This document shows positions 55,151 to 64,000 of a stretch of DNA of 64,000 nucleotides, one piece after another. The position numbers and the translations under genes were made by a program. This DNA is from the human T2T-CHM13v2.0 reference genome, Homo sapiens, in assembly GCF_009914755.1 (NCBI RefSeq), contig NC_060937.1. One strand, given 5' to 3'. A model generated the notes under the pieces. It was not told the DNA's origin, searched no databases, and saw nothing but the letters and a program-made list of their open reading frames with translations. How positions within the stretch are numbered: the first letter of the stretch is position 1; every line of letters starts with the position of its first letter.

Positions 55151-58100
55151 CTGTATTCCTGGGCTGTTGTGAGAATTAAATAAAAAAACATAAAAGCTGT
55201 TTTAAAATTTCTGAATTATATGAAGATATGGCCTGATTAGAGAAGAGAAAGTCTAAATAACAACCAATAGGGTAAGAATGAGATAAATTTTGTATGAGGA
55301 ATCTTGGGTTTATGGTTATCCAAGTAGAGATGGTCAAAGTGCCATTCTCAATGATCACCATTGCCATAAACAGAGGAATCTATTAGGATAAAAAGAGACC
55401 AGCATAGAATCAGTTGTAGGTGTTACCAGAAACATGACCCACATGGCCACCTCCATTTGGTAGTGTTTAAGTAAGTAAAGAAGGTAGCAAGGCATCACAC
55501 CAGGAGAAATAAAGGATATTTTTTGAGTGTGTATGCAATGTGCCAAGTGCTTTTACTCACACATTTTATTTTAACACACTCATTATGTTGGGTGGTAGAA
55601 GCCTCACTTTAGAGATGAGAAACATGGCAATCAGATTTTAACTATATCTCCATTAATAAACAGTGAAGCTGTTTTTCTGATTTCAAGACAAGTGTCTTTT
55701 AACTAGACCATCTATACTTTAGTCTTGGCATGGACACATACCAGGATGACTCAACTTGGGTGACATAACCCCGGTGAACCTTGGTTCCTACTGTAAGATG
55801 GGAAGGATCATATTTAACTTATGTAGTTGCTGTAAGGGTAAAATAATGTGAAAGAGTTGTGAAAATTGATAAGTACGGGACAATATAACATTATTATTAG
55901 TGTGTAGTGATAAGTTTAATTTAAACACATGATTGTACAACTCTGCTTGGAAGAAGTTGCTGTGAAACTATTAAAGTATGGCTGACATTCTCCAACCATC
56001 TGACTTAAAATTTCCAAAATTAATTTTCACTGGGCAATGCCTCTGAAATATATCTTTTCCTTGATTTATTTATATAGAACAACAGAATTATCTGTTCTAG
56101 TTAGATAAAAATTTCTAAGAATCATTTAAAATTTACTCTGAAATTCCTTACTCTCTAATCTTAAAAGTCCTTGAATATATTAGTTTAACGTAGCTCTTTC
56201 ATTAGTACACCACTTCCATACTGAACTGATGACAATGCTTATTTTAAAGCTTTTGTAATGCTTAAAAACATGCCTAGATCTTCAAAATTATGGTCACCAT
56301 TTTGTTCTGTAATATTGTGTTTGTCTTCTATGAAAACCTGCCACATTCAATAGCCATATGTATGTTAATGAAAGAATAATAATGACAACTAATAGAACAC
56401 AAGATGTGTCAGTGTACGACTATCAGAGCAAAATCAAAACAAAACTGCATAAAGACATTATGAATCTGGATCTGAAGCTTCTTGGTTCTTAACTAGTTTT
56501 ATGTTAATGAAACAATTATTAGAACACACAAAACCCTTCCTTTTTAATTTGATAAATTGAGTGGTGATGTGAGTTAATTGAACCATCGGTGTGATAATAA
56601 GATGCAATTGGTATGATTTATCAGAGGATGACATGGTTACAGGCATTGCTTCCACAGAAAATAATGGCTGTTATTACCACTTCCTGAGGTGAGCAGGCAA
56701 GCCATAAACCTAGCTTATTGCTACACAGGTCAGAGGATGAGGGGTCCATTTTGCCTTTTGTCTTAGTGGATCCTTTAAGGCTGTCTCTTAATAATTTGGA
56801 AAATATTTTTCCATATTCCACAAACAATATCAATACTGACTTTGTTTAGGCTATTCTATAATCTTAACCTATTTAGCTAAGTATTAAAGTGAAAAACCCC
56901 TAGATCTCCAAGAGCTTTGAGTTCTAATGTTAGTAATTAAGGGGTCACCTTGGGTCTTCTTTTTCAAGTTGCATTATCTTGTAGAGATATTTTCGCAAGT
57001 GGTTATTCTAGTGGAATAATCCTCCAGGGCTCTGCCGCTTGAGAAGTAAGTCCTGTGCTTTTTCATATATGATTCAGAGAGAATATTACATGCTACTCAT
57101 CTTCTGGTGGAAGAGAAAGAAATAAGTGATCACAAAGCCCTTTGGTTTGCAAAGAAAACATTTGAATTTACAATGTTATATTTCTTTGTATCCCAATGAC
57201 TTCAAAGTAAATAAAAAGTAAATCAATGTCACTGGATCCATGAAATATATGTATCTGGACATGGGATCTATTTCTGCCACATAGTGATATTAGGAAAAAC
57301 ACTTGCCATATGTTCATACTATGAAAAATTAATCCAAGATCTTGGAAAGAGCTTGTGCCTATGCTGAAAAGGTTATATCTTAAAATACTAATAAAATCTT
57401 CATTCTTCATTAATCTTTTATTCATTTATTGGATTTCTCATTTTTAACCTCCATTTGTACATTTTTCAAGCTTTTTTATACACACAGCCACATATGTTCA
57501 TTTAATTCTTAAAACCATTCTGAAGTTGACATGTCATCATATAATTTATTATAGAAAATGAGGAGCTCTTGAAAAGAGGAAGGTCTTGTTAATTAATCCA
57601 AGACAACAAGTATAAGCCAGGACTTCTCTGAGATCAGAGAATACAGTCACTCTAGGTAAGAAATTCATCAAAATTTTAAAAATTCACCAAAGAAATACAG
57701 TGGGAAAGTGACAGAGCCAGAATTTGGTTCCATGCTTTTAGGACCTAACATTTTCTAACAGTCCTTCCCAACAGATTTTGGGATTTCCTGATTTACTAAT
57801 TTGAAATGATTAGAGGGAGAGAAGTCAGGGATCCCGGCCTGCAAAAATATTAATGCAAAGTAGATACTATGTCTTATATATCTTCAGGTATTTAACTTGA
57901 AACCCACCTGGTCTTCAGTGAACATTTGTGCATCTCAACCAAATCATACCACTTGACACTTCACCATTTTGGATATATTCCTTTAGATGGTAAGGAGCTT
58001 TCTGTTTTCAAAAGTCAATGAATAGAAAAACAATATACCCCTCCCCCCACACACATATATTTTATATATCTATATATCTATACTCATACACTCAGATCAG

Positions 58101-58514
58101 CCCTTCCTTCATTGTCTGTTAATCTTAGTTTGCAAAAATCTGCACATAAATTTTACGAAAAAATGATGACTGTCAGATATTTTCTAGGCTCAGAAGAGAA
58201 CAGAATCACACTGTTTTGGGAGATAGGAAAAGGGCAACAGCTTTGGTCTATTTAACCATTCTTCAAATAGTTATTATGCCAGTTTTAACCTTGTCCATTT
58301 TCACACCTTTACTGGCTGCACAGACAATGCTAATTGGAAACATTTTGTTTGTAGGACCTTCCGGTCTAGGTGGAAATTTTAATTTGTTTAACCACACTTA
58401 ATTATGAAATACATCATCTACACATTTGTAGCTGCTAAGAGGAATGGCCTAATGAGAGGATATGGACCATATTAAGGAAAAGAAATCAGACATTGTAATC
58501 GTGATACGCTGAAT

Positions 58515-58620
58515 AGAACCCTAGATCTACCATTAAATACCTATGTGACTTTAGTTGAGTAACTTCATTCTCTGGGCCTCAGATTCCCTATCTGTAAAGT
58601 AGGCTAATTAGGTTAGCTGG
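58515..58620 (+). mobile_element. MIR core
   Basis: CTATGTGACTTTAGTTGAGTAACTTCATTCTCTGGGCCTCAGATTCCCTATCTGTAAA. Confidence 0.7.
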
Positions 58621-61424
58621 TACAGCATTTAAAACATAGTTTTACTATGCTATTGTTTTGTAAACCAGAAAACTTGGTGATGCAATATAATTTCCAATGA
58701 TAAGACATGAGGAAATTTCCACAGCTTCCATTTTTTCATCCTTTTATCTTTAGCACAAGTCACTTGAGCACTGAATGCTTTTCCTTTTCTAAAAGAAAGA
58801 AAAAAGAAAGTCTCAAACATTAATTTTCCATATTGCTACCATATTAATAAGAGCTATAAATAAAGATTAAATTTAAGAAGAATTACAGCATGGAAAAATC
58901 TCCACTTCCCTACATATTTAAATATTAGGAAGTATTTCTGGAGATTTTGCTACATCATTAGGTTATCAAGATGACACATTTCCGTTTAATATTTAATTAT
59001 ATTATCTCTCAGTTGTTCACTCACTCCCTTTCCTGTTCCCTAATGATTTGCTTTTAAATCTAACTTGCCACACTTTCCAGCTGTGGTACACTGGATGTGT
59101 TTCTTATCTTTTCTGAGCTTGTTTATGCATCTGCAAAATGGGAATGATGACATCTCCACTTTATCTTAGAAGAAAGTGGTATAATTCCATTTTAATGCTG
59201 GATGTAAATAAAGACTTTTGACCATCTTTTAAAAAATTAGATAGCCACAACTCAGTAGCCCATTGTTTATGAGTCAGATCTTAGCTATGTATTTCCATGT
59301 TACCTCATCCTGGAGTGCTCCAAAGAATGTTGCTCTTGGATATTTCCAGGAACAATAGCCATCATAAAGGACTTGAGAAGTGAGGTCCTGAAATGTTGAA
59401 AGATTTTCTACCCATGTTTTACAGAAGGCATGCTTTATAGATTACAACAATTATCTCTTATTACCCATGGTTTTTTTTTTTTTCACAACAGGACAGGGGC
59501 TGCAGAAACACAGGTTAAAACTCCAATTTCCTTATATCATATTTAGCTTGAGCCATATTTGTTGTCCTAAAAAATGTGGTTTATCTATAAATATCTTCTT
59601 ATATTTTGGTTAAATAAATACATGTAAGAGTAATTTTTGAGAAGCAATTTAGCTTTGTTTCTGGCACAATTAGTAGTCAACACTGAAGTACATCTTTTTG
59701 GATTGTGGCAATAGAGTTTCCCATGTTGTGGTAGAATTGTACTCTTATTACACAAAATAAAGAGTAAGGAGCAAGAAATTGTAAAATTCTAAAGGGGAAA
59801 AGAGATTATCCTCTATTCATTTTCTGTCTCCCACAAATACAGTGGGAGAGACTTCAGTGCTTAGAGACTTACAGATTTTTGGTATTTCAAATAAGAAAGC
59901 TCAGAGGACATAAAACCATTTTTTGTTTGGTGGCAAATTTTAATACTGTGACATTAGTATTTACACTTAACATAGATAAACCTTTCCAATTCTTAAAATC
60001 TTTGAAATCAGAGAACACTTAAGACACCCAATTCTTTAGACTGAAGATGATTTGATTACCTCTCAAGATAGAAGACTGGAAGGCAATATGCTTAACACAA
60101 AGTTGATCATCTGTATTTCTTACCAGCAAGTCAAAGAAGTTTAAGTAAAGATGAAGAAATACAGACATTCATAATTTAGTTTCAATACAATGCAGAACCA
60201 TTTTGTCAGTATTCAATCAATATTCATGAAAAAAGTGGGTGTGGCACATGACAGGAGATACAAAAATGGTTGCTACAATTATTATCTGGCATCCTCTAAA
60301 GGCCTATTTTAAGAATGCAACCATGATTGTCATTAATAGAACAAATAGTGAAAAATCATACTGTTATCTGCTGGAACACCTATACTTCTCCACTGTCTGC
60401 AAATACTATCAGCAAGTTCTTTGTATCAAATAATTTCTATTGAAATCAGGCTAACAATGTGATGTTAAGTACCAGTGCGGTAAGACTGATGTGATTTGAG
60501 CACTATGTCGGTCGAATGGTGCCAGGAACAGCCTCTAAGCAAATACATTAAATCATGAAATGGACGAAAGCATCCTTCTGTCTTCATGAGCCCACATTCA
60601 GGCAGTTGATATTCTGGCTTCCACCTAGAAATTTATATTCATCAATCAGTCTGGGCTTACTGGGAATGTGAGAGGTACAGCTAGTTGTGTTATGTTGTAT
60701 TGATAATATTTTGTGTGATTTGTTCCATATCTCTAGTGGTCTGGGGGGAGATTATGTTTCCAGCCTTTTAGTACACATAAGAGGACATGAAATAAATTGT
60801 TGACTCTATTGCACTGTCAGCAAGGGCTACAGACCAGCAATCTGACTTCTAAAGGTTGAGGTTATTCACCAGTCTGCTCTAGAGAAACCCTATACCTGCT
60901 TACAGATCCCTAAAGCTGATACAGGGTTCAAAGCTCCAAAAGAATGTTTCTATATTGCAATGTGATCTATAATAATATATACGCCAGACTATAAACTAGA
61001 AAATAAGATTTAGGCAGTAGTGTAAACTAGAAAGTGCTGGAAACAGCAACAAAAATTGTCAAACTTGTTAATTTGAAATGCAAGTCATATTCTCCACATT
61101 ATTTAACATTTCTTCTTTTAATTACGAGAAATATGAGATTAAAATTCAATTAGAATGCATAGTAGACAAACAGACCAATGAAAAATCACAAGAGAAGTTA
61201 AATATATAGACCCAAATACACAGGGGAATTTAGGTTATAATAAAGGTGGCAATTCCAATCAATAAAGTAAAGATGGGCCATTCTATATAATTAATGCCAT
61301 TAGAGCAAATGGTAACCATTCAGAAAAAAAGACAAAATTGGATCCTTAACTAAACAAGATGTTGTACATCCAGAGAAATAAATAATTTAAATGTGAAAGG
61401 TGAAACCATAAAAGTACTAGAAGA

Positions 61425-61906
61425 CTTTTTAATAATAGCCATTCTGACTGGTATTAGATGGTATCTCATTGTGGTTTTGATTTGCATTTCTCTAATGATC
61501 AGTGATGTTGACCTTTTTTTCATATGATTGTTGGCCACATGTATGTTTTCTCTTGAAAAATGGTCTGTTTATGTCTTTTGCTCACATTTTCTTGGGGACA
61601 CAAGTTTACTTATGTAGCAAACCTGCACCTGTACCCCTTGTGATGGTTAATACTGAGTGTCAACTTGATTGGATTGAAGGATACAAAGTATTGATCCTGG
61701 GTGTGTCTGTGAGGGTGTTGCCAAAAGAGATTATCATTTGAGTCAGCGGGCACAATCTAATCAGCTGCCAGTGAACATAAAGCAGGCAGAAAAACGTGAA
61801 AAAAGAGAGACTGGCCTAGCCTCCTGACCTACATCTTTCTCCCATGCTGGATACTTCCTGCCCTCGAACAGCTGACTCCAAGTTCTTCAGTTTTGGGACA
61901 TATATA

Positions 61907-61955
<49 letters not shown>

Positions 61956-62027
61956 CCTATTAGTTCTGTCCCTCTAGAGAACCCTGGGTAATACATCCAT
62001 GAGCTTAAAATAAAAGTGAAAAAAAGA
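61425..62027. mobile_element. 5'-inverted (twin-primed) old L1PA insertion: minus ORF2 piece 61425-61590 plus sense 3' tail 61595-61638 and 61996-62027
   Basis: ORF 61350..61538(-) has [17 protein letters not shown]; then sense GACACAAGTTTACTTATGTAGCAAACCTGCACCTGTACCCCT...GAGCTTAAAATAAAAG; CTAGAAGA on both flanks. Confidence 0.8.
61639..61995 (+). mobile_element. MLT2A1-like (HERVL) solo LTR with internal deletions and (TATC)n
   Basis: TGTGATGGTTAATACTGAGTGTCAACTTGATTGGATTGAAGGA start; CTCTAGAGAACCCTGGGTAATACA end. Confidence 0.92.
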
Positions 62028-63479
62028 AGAGCTAGAAGAAAATATGGGTTTATTCTTTCATAATTTTGGACTGGAAAAAACAAGTTTTCTAACTATGACC
62101 CAAAATCTAGAAGCATAAAAGAAAGAATTGGCAACTTCTAGCATGTAAAACTAAAACATATGTCCCCAAGACAAAAACAAGACAAAACTAAAAATTAACC
62201 ATATGGAAAGTTAAAAGACAAATGTCAAATTAGTGAAACATCTGCAACTTATAATAGATAAAAAGGTCAATCTTTATTATACGCAAAGAGCTACTGTAAA
62301 TTGATATAAAATAAACCAATAATCCAATCGAATTGTTCAATGCTTATTTTTATGAGCTAGACAGTTCATAGAAAAAGGAATGCAAATGGCATTACAATAT
62401 GAAAAGAACCATTAGTCATAATAAAAGATATGCAAAATGAAACTAGATATCTTTCCTCACCTATTATATTGGCAGAAAATACTTTTTTAAAAAGTTGTTG
62501 ATATGTGTTATTGATGAGACCATGGAGAAACAAACACTGTTAGACTTTTATGGAAAGAGTATAGGATTGTGCAACCCTTATGAAGTAGAAGTAAGCAATA
62601 GCTATCAAAATTACCTCCAGGTAATTTCTTTTTTATTAAAATAAAATATCCTTCCACTAGTTGTTTTACTGCACTGTTCTCAATCGTTCTGTTCTCTGTA
62701 ATATCATACACAATCTCATCTAGCTATGAAGTGGTGACATCTGGCTTTAAACCTGTGCAGCCAGCATGCACCAGTAATCACTGTGCCCATATAGCCTCCA
62801 GGAATTGATATCTGCATTGGATGTCCCACCTTCATCTTAGTATCAAGTTTGCAGACCCAGAGTGGACAAAACTAGACATGAAAACCCCTTTGATGTATTG
62901 CTTTCAAACATGAATTTATTTTTTTCTGGATATGTTACATATTACCTTGTTATCTCTCATTTTAAAAAATGTTTCAAGTGTATGGGTCATTTGTATTTAG
63001 TTAGCTATAGATGTATCTGGATGTCTAGTATAACATGGAATCCTTTAAGGTACAGCATTTATTTAAATTTTCATGGCACTTTATTATTAGCTTTCTTATA
63101 AGGACTTCTCAACATGTGTTCATAAAGAAATAAATGAAAGCATGGCCTAATCTTAAGGGTTTTTCTACCTTCTACAGTTCTCAAGCTCTTCTTTCGCTTC
63201 AGAAGAAGACCAAATTTACATTCACTAATGGTTAAAATGAAATGGGCAGCTGACTGAGAACTCCCTGTGTAATATTTTTGAAACGTGTGTCTAAGATACA
63301 ATCATATAAAATAAGACTGCTATAAATTTGTGTAAAATACCTCTAACTCAACAATCTATGGAATGATCTACTCATTACTTCTTGCATAACAATTACTCAA
63401 AGCATTAGCATATTTTATTAGATTATCTTCAAAATATTTTCATCTTAAGCCATGTTAATATGCATCTCTAAAATTCTTA

Positions 63480-64000
63480 AATTTTAAACATAAGACCTCA
63501 CTGTATAAGAATCCTAAAGGAAAATCTAGAAAATGCCATTCTAGACATTGGCCTTGGAAAAGACATTATGACTAAGTACTCAAAAGCAACTTTAATGAAA
63601 ACAAAAATTGACAAGTGGGACCTAATTAAAGAGCTCCTTCATAGCGAAAGAAACTATCAACAGAGTAAACAAAATACCTAAAGAGTGGGAGAAAATATTC
63701 CCAAACTATACATCTGACAAAGGTCTAATATCGACAATTTATAACGAACTTCAACAACTGAACAAGCAAAACACAACCCATTTAACAAATGGGCAAAAGA
63801 CATGACCAGACACTTCTGCAAAGAAGACATACAAGTTGTCAACAAACAGATGAAAAACTGTTCCACATCACTACTCACCAGAGAGATGAAAGTCAAAACC
63901 ACAATGAGATCCCATCTCACACCAGTCAGAATGACTGTTATTAAAATTCAAAAAACAACAGATGTTAGACTATGGAGAAAGAGGAATGCTCACACACTGT
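63480..64000 (+). mobile_element. L1 (L1PB-like) ORF2 3' region running off the window
   Basis: AAAAATTGACAAGTGGGACCTAATTAAA; AAATGGGCAAAAGACATGA; CATCTCACACCAGTCAGAATG. Confidence 0.88.

Larger units (their letters stand above)
61150..62620 (+). mobile_element. Old L1M ORF2 3' region; parts about 61150-61424 and 62030-62620, host of nested inserts
   Basis: AATAAAGGTGGCA...AAAATTGGATCC...TTTAAATGTGAAAGGTGAAACCATAAAAGTACTAGAAGA resumes as CTAGAAGAAAATATGGG. Confidence 0.7.

Noticed and set aside
63480-64000. This L1 as the displaced 3' half of the fragment ending at 10701
   Set aside because: The two overlap in consensus position and differ substantially in the overlap, so they look like independent copies.

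Overview
AT-rich, repeat-dense primate genomic DNA, very probably human because it carries an AluYb9, a human-specific subfamily. I find no credible host protein-coding exon, RNA gene or CRISPR array. The longer ORFs are mostly L1 ORF1/ORF2 debris, Alu read-throughs or microsatellite artefacts. The window is a layered transposon fossil record: L1s (L1MA2-like, L1MD-like, a young L1PA2-like 3' end, a near full-length L1MA3-like copy with TSD, L1PB/older L1PA pieces), about 11 Alus, solo LTRs (MLT2, MLT1, THE1C/D, MSTA, MER4A, MER50, MLT2A1), L2, MIR, a CR1/L3 RT remnant and half a MADE1. The most unusual items are: (i) a 2.3-kb LTR-less ERVL-class internal fragment with a decayed dUTPase followed by a decayed env-like glycoprotein frame that ends at the polypurine tract; (ii) a consensus-identical, 5'-truncated AluYb9 with no TSD; (iii) several templated or fold-back insertions, including a hairpin-unit VNTR; (iv) divergent CTCF-like motifs; (v) a deleted MLT2A1 LTR that keeps DUX4-like sites. 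Subfamily names come from recalled consensus sequences and need RepeatMasker/Dfam confirmation. Boundaries of old elements are approximate. I see no firm evidence of a wholly new biological system.
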